Assembly: GCA_964568325.1 (NCBI GenBank)
Contig: CAZMQR010000001.1
Coordinates: 1 to 25,757 of the forward strand
DNA from: an uncultured Chloracidobacterium sp.
Lineage (GTDB): Bacteria; Acidobacteriota; Blastocatellia; Pyrinomonadales; Pyrinomonadaceae
Length of the DNA: 25,757 bases
Direction of reading: 5' to 3'
The notes below the pieces were generated by a model. The model had not been told where the DNA came from and searched no databases. It worked only from the letters and a program-made list of their open reading frames with translations. Positions 1-8,596 of this stretch are shown here, one piece after another. Every line of letters starts with the position of its first letter. The stretch's first letter is position 1. The translations under genes and the position numbers were made by a program.

Positions 1-159
1 GGTTCGGTCCTTGAATTGCTCTATAACTTTAGGATCCATCCGCTGGCAGATGTTCGGGCGGCGGCGATGCGCTACTTCAATATCGTCGGCAATTTCCAGT
101 TTCCGATCACCGAACCGATCGCGTGGTCAAAGACCATCTTCCTGCTCGAAAAGAAATGA
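1..159 (+). CDS. 3' end of a gene of unknown function (partial)
   Basis: Frame +1 is open from base 1 (GSVLELLYNFRIHPLAD...TIFLLEKK) to TGA at 157-159, which overlaps the next ATG (ATGA), as expected for coupled genes. Confidence 0.6.
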   Translation, partial: GSVLELLYNFRIHPLADVRAAAMRYFNIVGNFQFPITEPIAWSKTIFLLEKK

Positions 160-938
160 GCCGCTCGCCGCTCATCATTGCCCACCGCGGAGCGAGTGCT
201 CACGCGCCGGAGAACACAATGGCAGCACTGCGACTGGCGATAGATCTCGGGGCGGACGGCGTCGAATTCGATGTCCGGCTTGCACGAGACGGAGTGCCGG
301 TCGTCATTCACGATGCGACGTTGAAACGCACGGCCGCGCGGCCCGAGCAAGTCTGCGACCTGACATCCGAAGAACTCCGCCGCATCGATGTCGGATCGTG
401 GTTCAATAGGCGATTTCCGAAACAGGCCGACCTCCGATTCGCTCGCGAGACAATTCCCACGCTGGCGAGTGCCCTGAGCCTGTGCGAGAGCTTTGCGGGC
501 CCGATATACGTCGAACTGAAATGCCGGCCCTCGGACGTCAAGCCGCTGACGGCGGCCGTCAGCGGCCTGATCCGAGACTCGCCGTTCCTGTCGCAGATCA
601 TCGTCAAGAGCTTTGACCTCGCTGCTGTCGCCGAATTGCGAAGCCTGTTGCCGTCCGTCCAAACGGCTGCGCTTTTCGAACCGTCGATCATGACCGTTCT
701 TCGGCGACGCAGCCACCTGATCGGCATGGCCCGCGAAGCAGGTGCCCGGCAGCTTTCGCTTCACACTTCACTCGCAACGCCAAAACTGACACAGCTTGCC
801 GCGGATGTCGGCATGTCCGTCGCTGTATGGACGACCGATGACCCGCGATGGATAGCCCGCTGTAGGCAGCGCGGCATCGGATCACTCATCACCAACGACC
901 CGGCCGGCATCATAAGACATTTGGGCCGAAGCGACTGA
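156..938 (+). CDS. glycerophosphodiester phosphodiesterase (GDPD family)
   Basis: Motifs [20 protein letters not shown] and [11 protein letters not shown]; ATG at 156 overlaps the upstream stop. Confidence 0.92.
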   Translation: MSRSPLIIAHRGASAHAPENTMAALRLAIDLGADGVEFDVRLARDGVPVVIHDATLKRTAARPEQVCDLTSEELRRIDVGSWFNRRFPKQADLRFARETIPTLASALSLCESFAGPIYVELKCRPSDVKPLTAAVSGLIRDSPFLSQIIVKSFDLAAVAELRSLLPSVQTAALFEPSIMTVLRRRSHLIGMAREAGARQLSLHTSLATPKLTQLAADVGMSVAVWTTDDPRWIARCRQRGIGSLITNDPAGIIRHLGRSD

Positions 939-978
939 TTGTTGCCTGTCACGATTTTTGAGAATAAACTCAAGAGGA

Positions 979-2346
979 ATGAAATTTTACGAGACAGTTC
1001 TCGATCTGATCGGCAACACGCCGCTGGTGCGGATCAATCACCTTACAAAAGAGCACAAGGTAAAGGCACAGGTCTTTGCGAAAATGGAGAGCCTTAATCC
1101 CGGCTACTCGGTAAAGGACCGCATCGGCATCTCGATGATCGAGTGGGCCGAGAAGGATGGCACGCTAAAGAAAGGCGGCACGATCATCGAGGCTACGAGC
1201 GGCAACACCGGTATCGGCCTCGCCCTGGTCGCGGCTGTTCGCGGCTATAAGTGCATCTTTGTGTTGACCGACAAGGTCTCCGTCGAAAAGGTTCGATATC
1301 TAAAGGCAATGGGTGCCGACGTCGTCGTCGTCCCGGCAGCAGCCAAGCCCGGAACGCCCGATCATTATCACGAAACGGCCGCCCGCATCCACAGAGAGAC
1401 GCCGAACTCATTCTATCCCGATCAATACCAGCATCCGGCTAATCCGCTCGCCCACTATCGCACGACGGGGCCCGAGATCTGGAATGACACAGACGGCAAG
1501 ATCACTCATTATGTTGCCGGCATCGGCACCGGCGGCTCGATAAGCGGCACGGGCCGTTATCTGAAGGAACAAAACCCGAAGATCAAGATCATCGGCGCCG
1601 ATCCGTACGGATCGATATTCAAGAATTACAAGGAATCAGGCCGCGTGCCCGAAGCAACGCCTTACCTGGTCGAAGGCATCGGCCAGAGCTTGCCGGTCAC
1701 CAATGCCGACATGAGCGTAATCGACGAGGTCATAAATGTGACCGACCGCGATTCGTTTGAATGTGCCCGCCTGCTCGGACGCCGCGAGGGAATCTTCTGC
1801 GGCGGCTCGACCGGCACGAACTTCTGGGCGGCGTTGAAGGTCGCTAAGGATCTGGACGAAAACGGCGTCGTCGTCTTTATCGTCTGCGACACCGGCGAGC
1901 ATTACCTGACCAAATTCCATTCGGACGAATGGATGAAAGAAAAACTCCTGCTCGAACCCCAACGCATCACCGCCGGACTCATCGCAGAGACAAAGAACGG
2001 CGCGTCGCCTACGGGCGTTATCTTCGTGGGGCCCGACGCCACGGTCGCGGAGGCCCTCGAAATGATGAATTCGCACGGTGTGACCCAACTGCCGGTCATC
2101 GATGGCTACACGGCCGTCGGCAGCCTCCGTGAAAGCGGCCTGTTGACAAAACTGCTGGCTAACCGCGACCTCATGGACGCAAAGATCAGCGACGTGATGG
2201 ACAAGGCCTTCCCGGTCGTCGATGTCGATACAAGTCTCAAAGAGATCAGAGCGAAGCTCCAGCGCCATCCGGCCGTGCTGATCGAGGATTTCAAACGCAT
2301 CACGGGCATCATTACGCGTTCGGATGTGCTTGATATCGAGAAATAA
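979..2346 (+). CDS. cbs: cystathionine beta-synthase (PLP fold II plus C-terminal CBS pair, no heme domain)
   Basis: SVKDRIG (PLP lysine), ATSGNTG, GIGTGGS, then tandem CBS domains; AAGAGGA ribosome-binding site before ATG 979. Confidence 0.85.
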   Translation: MKFYETVLDLIGNTPLVRINHLTKEHKVKAQVFAKMESLNPGYSVKDRIGISMIEWAEKDGTLKKGGTIIEATSGNTGIGLALVAAVRGYKCIFVLTDKVSVEKVRYLKAMGADVVVVPAAAKPGTPDHYHETAARIHRETPNSFYPDQYQHPANPLAHYRTTGPEIWNDTDGKITHYVAGIGTGGSISGTGRYLKEQNPKIKIIGADPYGSIFKNYKESGRVPEATPYLVEGIGQSLPVTNADMSVIDEVINVTDRDSFECARLLGRREGIFCGGSTGTNFWAALKVAKDLDENGVVVFIVCDTGEHYLTKFHSDEWMKEKLLLEPQRITAGLIAETKNGASPTGVIFVGPDATVAEALEMMNSHGVTQLPVIDGYTAVGSLRESGLLTKLLANRDLMDAKISDVMDKAFPVVDVDTSLKEIRAKLQRHPAVLIEDFKRITGIITRSDVLDIEK

Positions 2347-2370
2347 TTTGGGTTAACCTTTCCGCACTCT

Positions 2371-2730
2371 ATGAGCGACGAGGTCAAAAAGGCAGACAAT
2401 GACGGCGAATGGCAGATGCCCGAGCCCGTATTCCGATCATCCGAAGGCTACACGCCCAAGGCCGCTGCGGCTGTGCCCGAAGACGACTTCCCGACCAACC
2501 CCGCCTTTGACGAGGCTCCGACCGAAACACCTGACAAGCCCACCGACGACGATGCCGTCCAGACCGTTCGGCCGAAGGAAAAGACACGCGTCCGCCATCA
2601 AAAAAAGAAAAAGCGCGGCTGCCTGAAGTCAGTCGCGCTCATGATCGTGATCCTGATCGCATCCGTCGCCCTGATCATCGGGACGGTAATCTATTTCATC
2701 TTCTATTCCGGCCCACGCGGACCTTTCTAA
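2371..2730 (+). CDS. hypothetical membrane protein (acidic/Pro-rich N-terminus, C-terminal TM helix)
   Basis: 119 aa; KKKKRGC basic patch followed by a hydrophobic stretch. Confidence 0.75.
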   Translation: MSDEVKKADNDGEWQMPEPVFRSSEGYTPKAAAAVPEDDFPTNPAFDEAPTETPDKPTDDDAVQTVRPKEKTRVRHQKKKKRGCLKSVALMIVILIASVALIIGTVIYFIFYSGPRGPF

Positions 2731-2798
2731 GTTCAGAGTGCAAGCTTTAGCTTGTCTCCGGCGAACGCATGAACAAGCTAAAGCTTGCACTCTGAACT
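2730..2798. repeat. perfect 26-bp inverted repeat (REP/REPIN-like), possible bidirectional terminator
   Basis: AGTTCAGAGTGCAAGCTTTAGCTTGT (2730-2755) is the exact reverse complement of 2773-2798, with a 17-nt loop; lies between convergent genes. Confidence 0.9.
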
Positions 2799-4203
2799 AC
2801 GGATGCGTCATGTCCTCAGCCTTGACCAGCCGGTCAAAATCTTCGGCTGACAATAGCTCTAATTCCATCGCTGATTCCTTTAACGAAATGCCCTTTTTGT
2901 GGGCATTCTTTGCGATCTTGGCGGCGTTGTCATAGCCGATGTGCTGATTTAATGCGGTCACGAGCATCAATGAGTTTCGCAGGTAGTGGTCGATGTTCTC
3001 GCGGTCGAGTTCGATGCCCGCGATGCAGTAATCGACAAAACCGTGACAGGCGTCGTGGATGAGCCGCACCGAATGCAGGTAGTTGTGGATCATCACGGGC
3101 TTGAAGACGTTCAACTCAAAATTGCCCTGCGAGCCGGCGAACCCTATCGCCGCGTCATTGCCCATCACCTGAACCGCGACCATCGTCATCGCCTCGCTCT
3201 GCGTAGGGTTGACCTTGCCGGGCATGATCGACGAGCCGGGCTCGTTCTCGGGCAGCGTGATCTCGCCGATGCCGCAACGCGGGCCTGAGGCCAACCAGCG
3301 AATGTCGTTTGCGATCTTCATCAGGCTCGCTGCGAGCGTCTTTAACGCTCCTGACGCAAAGACGACTTCATCATGCGCACTCAATGCCGCGAACTTGTCC
3401 GGATGTGCCTTGAAGGGCAAGCCCGTCAGCTCGGCGATCTTTGCCGCCGCGCGGTCGGCGAATTCGGGATGTGAGTTCAGCCCCGTACCGACGGCCGTCC
3501 CGCCGATGGCGAGATCAAGAAGGCCGGGCATCACCATCTCGAGCCGCTCGATATCGCGTTCGACGAGCGCGGCCCAGCCGCCAAACTCCTGCCCGACGGT
3601 CACGGGCGTCGCGTCCTGCAAATGTGTGCGGCCGATCTTGACCACGTCCTTGTATTCCTCGGCCTTTGCTCGAATGGCGTCGGCGACCTTTTGCACTTCG
3701 GGGATCAGGGCGTGCGTCCGCTCGGCGGCAGCGACATACATCGCGGTCGGAAAGGTGTCGTTAGACGACTGTGACTTGTTTACGTCGTCGTTAGGATGGA
3801 TCGGCGCCTTCGATCCCATCTCGCCGCCCGCGATCTCGATCGCGCGGTTCGAGATCACCTCGTTGGCGTTCATGTTCGTCTGCGTGCCCGAACCTGTCTG
3901 CCACACACGCAGCGGAAAATGCGCGTCGAGCTTGCCCTCGATCACCTCGTCTGCGGCCTGCGAGATGAGTTTTGTCTTCTCATTATCGAGCTTCCCGAGA
4001 TCGCGATTCACAATCGCCGCTGCCTTCTTGAGGATGCCAAGCGCGCGAATCACCTCGCGCGGCATCACGTCAAAACCGATGTTAAAGTGCTTCAGCGACC
4101 GCTGCGTCTGCGCTCCCCAATACGCCGATGTCGGCACCTCGATCTCGCCCATCGAATCGGTCTCGATGCGCGTCCTTGCTGCTTTCTCCGTTGCTTCCGC
4201 CAT
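2797..4203 (-). CDS. fumC: class II fumarate hydratase
   Basis: Signature [15 protein letters not shown], plus [12 protein letters not shown] and [10 protein letters not shown]. Confidence 0.98.
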   Translation of the reverse strand: MAEATEKAARTRIETDSMGEIEVPTSAYWGAQTQRSLKHFNIGFDVMPREVIRALGILKKAAAIVNRDLGKLDNEKTKLISQAADEVIEGKLDAHFPLRVWQTGSGTQTNMNANEVISNRAIEIAGGEMGSKAPIHPNDDVNKSQSSNDTFPTAMYVAAAERTHALIPEVQKVADAIRAKAEEYKDVVKIGRTHLQDATPVTVGQEFGGWAALVERDIERLEMVMPGLLDLAIGGTAVGTGLNSHPEFADRAAAKIAELTGLPFKAHPDKFAALSAHDEVVFASGALKTLAASLMKIANDIRWLASGPRCGIGEITLPENEPGSSIMPGKVNPTQSEAMTMVAVQVMGNDAAIGFAGSQGNFELNVFKPVMIHNYLHSVRLIHDACHGFVDYCIAGIELDRENIDHYLRNSLMLVTALNQHIGYDNAAKIAKNAHKKGISLKESAMELELLSAEDFDRLVKAEDMTHP

Positions 4204-4308
4204 GTTGATAGACCTGCCCGTGCGAAAAGTAGATTCTAATTCATGCCGCTAAGCGAGACAAAGCATGCGAAAGGTGACCTGTGTCATGTTCCCGCCAATG
4301 TATTCAGG

Positions 4309-4314
4309 TATCAT
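4309..4314 (+). promoter_or_regulatory. putative -10 element (leaderless transcript)
   Basis: TATCAT ends 6 nt before ATG 4321; no SD sequence. Confidence 0.5.
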
Positions 4315-4320
4315 TAAAAT

Positions 4321-4683
4321 ATGAAACTCAGGATCAGCGGCAATTCACTGCGCCTGCGACTAACTCGCAGCGAGGTTGAGGAATTTGCGTCGACGGGCAC
4401 TTACGAAAGCTCGATCGCCCTCGTAGGAGGGCGGCTTGTCTATAAGCTGGAAAAAGACGCCGACTCGGCATCGCCGTCGGCTATGTTCTCTGACGGCATG
4501 ATCACGGTAAGTGTGCCTGCATACGCCGCAGACCAATGGACCGGAAGCGAGGACGTGGGCATTGAGGCGACGCACGCCGGACTAAAGATCGTGATCGAGA
4601 AGGATTTCGCCTGTCTCACCCCGCGGCCCGGCGAAGATACTCCCGATCATTATCCACATCCGGCGACCGGTGCCGTGTGCTGA
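4321..4683 (+). CDS. conserved hypothetical protein (DUF7009-like)
   Basis: N-terminus MKLRISGNSLRLRLTRSEV and C-terminal IEKDFACL...YPHP resemble that family (recalled, not searched). Confidence 0.75.
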   Translation: MKLRISGNSLRLRLTRSEVEEFASTGTYESSIALVGGRLVYKLEKDADSASPSAMFSDGMITVSVPAYAADQWTGSEDVGIEATHAGLKIVIEKDFACLTPRPGEDTPDHYPHPATGAVC

Positions 4684-4687
4684 ACGC

Positions 4688-5893
4688 TCAAATCGCCCCG
4701 ATGTCGGCGAGACACCGTTTGATGCGGTCAAATGAATGTTGAATATCGTTGTCGAGTCCGACCGAGAATCGAACCAGCCCGTCGGTCAGGCCCATCGCTT
4801 CACGTTCCTCTACCGGTATCTCCGACGAGGTACTATGGCCCGGACTGCTGAATAACGTCTTGAAATACCCCAAGCTGACCGCAAGATAACCTACCTTTTC
4901 CTGCTGCATCCGCGTCATTAGAGCGTTCGCTTTCTCGAGCGACCCCGCGTCAAGGGCCAGCATGCCGCCGTAGCCATAGCCCGGATTCATCATCTTCGAG
5001 AGCATCTCGTGCTGCGGATGATCGGGCAGGCCGGGGTAATAGACCTTCAGGCCCAGCTCACTAAACCGCTCGGCCAGGAACATGGCGTTCGCGCTGTGTT
5101 GCCGCATTCTTAGGTGCAGCGAATGAAGGTTTTTCAGAATACTCGCCGCCCGAGTGCTGTCCAGCACCGCTCCTAATAGCATCGATGCCCCGGCATTAAT
5201 GTCGGTCAGTTGATGGATGAATTCGCTGCTTGCGCACACGGCCCCTGCGACACAATCACTCGTTCCGTTAATAAACTTGGTCAGGCTGTGGACGACAACG
5301 TCGGCCCCTAGCCGGATCGGCGAGAGTATCATCGGCGTGAACGTGTTATCAACGACGAGCTTCAAACCGTGCTCGTGGCAGACCGATGACAACGTCGGAA
5401 TATCGGCTACCTCAAGCAGCGGGTTGCTGAGCGATTCGTAATAGATCACTCGGGTCCGATGGTTGATCAGGGACCGCACCTTGTCGAGATCGGCGAGATC
5501 GACAAAATGAACGGTTATGCCGAGCCTAGGGAGGAAATTCTTAAAGAATGCGTACGTCCCGCCGTAGATCGTCCGCGACGAGATGACCTCGTCACCCGTG
5601 CCGCAGAGTTGCAGGATCGCTGACGAGATCGCCGCCATGCCTGACGCCTTGGCCTGTGCTGCCTCGCTGTCCTCCATCCGCGCAAGTGCATCGGACAGAT
5701 ATTTATTGGTCGGATTCCAATGACGCGAATAGAGAAAACACCCTTCGATCTCATGATCGAATAGCTCCTCCATCTTGTCCGGACTCATGAACGTAAACGT
5801 CGAAGAATCCGTGATCGACGGATTCACATCGCCAAATTCGCCAAAGACCAGGAAATCCTGAATGGCATCGCTTGGGTCAAATCTCTCATTCAT
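4688..5893 (-). CDS. methionine gamma-lyase-like PLP enzyme (Cys/Met metabolism family, plant-MGL-like)
   Basis: VVHSLTKFINGTSD (PLP Lys), YSRHWNPT, IYGGT, DNTF, LAVSLGYFKTL...STSSE. Confidence 0.85.
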   Translation of the reverse strand: MNERFDPSDAIQDFLVFGEFGDVNPSITDSSTFTFMSPDKMEELFDHEIEGCFLYSRHWNPTNKYLSDALARMEDSEAAQAKASGMAAISSAILQLCGTGDEVISSRTIYGGTYAFFKNFLPRLGITVHFVDLADLDKVRSLINHRTRVIYYESLSNPLLEVADIPTLSSVCHEHGLKLVVDNTFTPMILSPIRLGADVVVHSLTKFINGTSDCVAGAVCASSEFIHQLTDINAGASMLLGAVLDSTRAASILKNLHSLHLRMRQHSANAMFLAERFSELGLKVYYPGLPDHPQHEMLSKMMNPGYGYGGMLALDAGSLEKANALMTRMQQEKVGYLAVSLGYFKTLFSSPGHSTSSEIPVEEREAMGLTDGLVRFSVGLDNDIQHSFDRIKRCLADIGAI

Positions 5894-6507
5894 ATCGATT
5901 TACGGCAATAACAGTAAACAAACTCCTGGGTCGTCCCGAATGGCGTCCGATGCGACTCGTCGAGGCTCGAGATCAACTCAAACTCATCGCCAAACTCGTC
6001 GTGCATCGTCGCGGGACTATATCTCACCACGTCGAGGCCGCTGCATTTCATCGGCCCGGCGAGGCCGAAGGACGCGATGATCACATGACCACCAGGCTTT
6101 ACCGCACGGTTGACGAGATCAACGTAACGCCGGCGATCCTCCGAAGCGGTAAGAAAGTGAAACACCGCCCTATCATGCCAAACATCATAATGATCTTTGG
6201 CAAGTTCTACGTTTGTAATATCGGCCTCGATCCAATTGACGAGGTTGTTCCGCTCGCCAAGCCGCGCCTTGCTGACCTCTATCGCCGTACTCGAGATATC
6301 GAGCACCGCGACATCGATGAACCCGGCATCCAACAGATCATCCACCAACGTCGAATTGCCGCCGCCCACGTCGATGATCGCCGCGTCCTTTTCGACGCCG
6401 GTCTGAACGATCATCCTGAGCGAATTATCCAGATGCTCGCGAAACCAACTGACCTGACCGTGCGGCTTCGTTGAATACACGTTCTCCCAGTGGGCCTTTT
6501 TATCCAT
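5890..6507 (-). CDS. class I SAM-dependent methyltransferase
   Basis: IIDVGGGNS motif I, LDISSTAI, YDVWHDRAVFHFL; GAGGAG SD; TGA overlaps the lyase ATG (ATGA). Confidence 0.9.
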   Translation of the reverse strand: MDKKAHWENVYSTKPHGQVSWFREHLDNSLRMIVQTGVEKDAAIIDVGGGNSTLVDDLLDAGFIDVAVLDISSTAIEVSKARLGERNNLVNWIEADITNVELAKDHYDVWHDRAVFHFLTASEDRRRYVDLVNRAVKPGGHVIIASFGLAGPMKCSGLDVVRYSPATMHDEFGDEFELISSLDESHRTPFGTTQEFVYCYCRKSI

Positions 6508-6661
6508 TAGAACTCTCCTCTTCGTCCGCGTTTCGGCGTCGTGACCCGACGTCGCATGCGCCGCGAAGTCAGGTCGGATAGCCGAGTTTAGGCAGGATCA
6601 CGAGCTGCAGCAGCAGCCAAAAAGCCACCAGGCCTATCACCCATAGAATGTCGTCGATCAC
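6500..6661 (-). CDS. small membrane protein, candidate selenoprotein (53 aa with TGA at codon 31 read as Sec; 30 aa otherwise)
   Basis: Hand translation: MIDDILWVIGLVAFWLLLQLVILPKLGYPT-(TGA 6571-6569)-LRGACDVGSRRRNADEEESSNG-TAA. The GTG start overlaps the upstream TGA; the TAA overlaps the downstream ATG by 8 nt. Confidence 0.65.
6520..6568 (-). promoter_or_regulatory. putative bacterial SECIS hairpin
   Basis: Directly 3' of the UGA. Upper stem CGUCG/CGACG closes a GGUCA loop beginning at nucleotide 23 after the UGA; CUUCG/CGAAG can pair at the base. Folded by eye only. Confidence 0.5.
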
Positions 6662-7083
6662 GGCCGCGCTCCCATAGGCAGGCCCGCCGCCTTCCACGCT
6701 TCAGTCCCGCCTTTTACAACTATCGCTTGTTTGAATCCGGCATCGATGAGTATCCTGGCCGCCTGCGACGAGCGATTATCGGTGCGGCAGATCAGATACA
6801 CAGGCTCATTCGCCTCCAGCATATCGAGGCTCGCAGCTAGTTTATCGAGTGGGATGTTGCGGGCCCGGTCCGCATGGCCGGCCGCGTATTCTTCCGGTGT
6901 TCTGACGTCAATGAACTGCGAATAGGCAGCCGAAGTCGCCGGCAAAGCGGCCTGAGGTGAGATCTCGGTTACGCCCGGAGCACTTACGACATCTGGTGCA
7001 TCAGTCGTCTTGGTCGGGGCCGACCGGCAGGCCCACGTGATCGCCAACAACGAGATCAGGACAACAATAGGTACTCTATTCAC
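6658..7083 (-). CDS. rhodanese-domain protein, probable lipoprotein
   Basis: IDVRTPEEYAAGH and active-site YLICRTDNRS; hydrophobic leader ending in TWAC (non-canonical lipobox); GTG start with GAGG SD. Confidence 0.88.
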   Translation of the reverse strand: MNRVPIVVLISLLAITWACRSAPTKTTDAPDVVSAPGVTEISPQAALPATSAAYSQFIDVRTPEEYAAGHADRARNIPLDKLAASLDMLEANEPVYLICRTDNRSSQAARILIDAGFKQAIVVKGGTEAWKAAGLPMGARP

Positions 7084-7096
7084 AAAAACCTCGGCT

Positions 7097-8584
7097 TCAA
7101 TTGACCTGAAAATTGCGCATCATGCCCATATCCTCATGCTCGAGATTGTGGCAGTGATATACAAACTTGCCCATAAAATCCTCGAACCTGAGGAGTAAAC
7201 GAACTCGCTCGCCCGGCATAAGCATGAAAGTGTCCTTCCATCCTGAGTCCACAAATCCATATCTTACGCCTTCGTAATTCGTTGCCCCCGATGGGTTCAT
7301 TTGGCGTTCGATGATCTGGAATTGTACGAGATGAATGTGCATCGGATGGGCCATCTGCACCATTCCCGCCTGATTTGGGATGTCCCATACCTCAAGCGTA
7401 TTCAGCGCCACATTCTCATTCGCCGCGACCCCGTTCATCTCAAACATTCCGCCGTTGAGCATGAACATGCCCATCTGAAATGTAATCGGGAATGCTCTCG
7501 GGTTCCCCACGTTGACGGCGTCCTCGAGGCGGTAGCGAGTTATTGCAGACAGCGTCGGCGGCAGCACGAAGTTGTCCACCACGCGGAGCCTGACACGAAA
7601 CGACATGATCGGAAAAGCCGCACCATTCGGCAGCGCGGCCCCACCATTGCCCATGTTTCCCATAGGCGAGAATGCCTGGCTCACCAGCCGACGGTTTCGT
7701 CGCAACGGAGCTCCTCTGAAATCCGCAATGACCTCATATCTTTCACCGGGCGACAGCATCAGATACGGCCGCTCGACCGGCGCCTCGAGTAATCCGCCGT
7801 CAGATGCGATGACCGTCAGCGGCGTTCCGTCGCTCCACGCAAGCTTGTAGAAACGCGAATTTGACCCGTTAAGAAAACGGAGCCGGTACGTTCGGCTTGC
7901 CACATCGACCGAACGCGCCATCTTTCCATTCACAAGCACGCGGTCGCCCAGATACCCAACCATCGTGATCGGCTGATAGGCAAACTGATTGTCGGGGGCA
8001 AATATGCGGTCCTGCAGCACGATCGGTATTTCGGCCTCGCCCGACGGCAGCCCGAGCGCCTGTTCTTCGTCATCAGTGACAATAAAGAGCCCGGCCAGGC
8101 CGCGACAGACCTGCGTCGCGGTCCGCATGTCTGGATGCGGGTGATACCAATAGGTGCCGGCGCGATTCATTACCGTGAACTCATAGACATAACTTGCCCC
8201 CGGCTCGACCGTAAAACGCGGATGAGCGTCCATTGCCTCAGGCACATGCAGCCCGTGCCAGTGCATCAGCGTCATCTCGGGCAGGTTGTTGGTAAAGTTG
8301 ACCCTGATGGTTTGGCCTCGATGCACGCGGATCGTTGGGCCAAGGAAAGAACCGGGAATCGGCTCAAAGTTCTGCGGCGTTCCCTGCACGACCTCGCCCT
8401 CATACCTCCAGACCGATGTCTGAGCCCCGGGCAGCAGGCCTACGGTGGATACAACCGCCCGAAGATTGATGATGACGTCGGGCACCGCAGCGGTCCGCGC
8501 CGCATGTGAGCCAAAGGCCAGCCGATCGCCTAACAGGGCCGCACCTGCGACACCGGTCAACTTAACAAAATCACGTCTCTTCAT
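7097..8584 (-). CDS. TAT-exported multicopper oxidase (CueO/bilirubin-oxidase-like)
   Basis: KRRDFVK twin-arginine leader; copper motifs HWHG, WYHPH, HPMHIHL and HCHNLEHEDMGMM. Confidence 0.93.
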   Translation of the reverse strand: MKRRDFVKLTGVAGAALLGDRLAFGSHAARTAAVPDVIINLRAVVSTVGLLPGAQTSVWRYEGEVVQGTPQNFEPIPGSFLGPTIRVHRGQTIRVNFTNNLPEMTLMHWHGLHVPEAMDAHPRFTVEPGASYVYEFTVMNRAGTYWYHPHPDMRTATQVCRGLAGLFIVTDDEEQALGLPSGEAEIPIVLQDRIFAPDNQFAYQPITMVGYLGDRVLVNGKMARSVDVASRTYRLRFLNGSNSRFYKLAWSDGTPLTVIASDGGLLEAPVERPYLMLSPGERYEVIADFRGAPLRRNRRLVSQAFSPMGNMGNGGAALPNGAAFPIMSFRVRLRVVDNFVLPPTLSAITRYRLEDAVNVGNPRAFPITFQMGMFMLNGGMFEMNGVAANENVALNTLEVWDIPNQAGMVQMAHPMHIHLVQFQIIERQMNPSGATNYEGVRYGFVDSGWKDTFMLMPGERVRLLLRFEDFMGKFVYHCHNLEHEDMGMMRNFQVN

Positions 8585-8596
8585 ACTAATGGTCAA

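Noticed and set aside
3209-4252. Long antisense ORF over fumC, and similar shadow ORFs (72-764, 1636-2268, 19383-20042, 23121-23825)
   Set aside because: They lie opposite well-supported genes, have no recognisable motifs, and are expected in GC-rich DNA.
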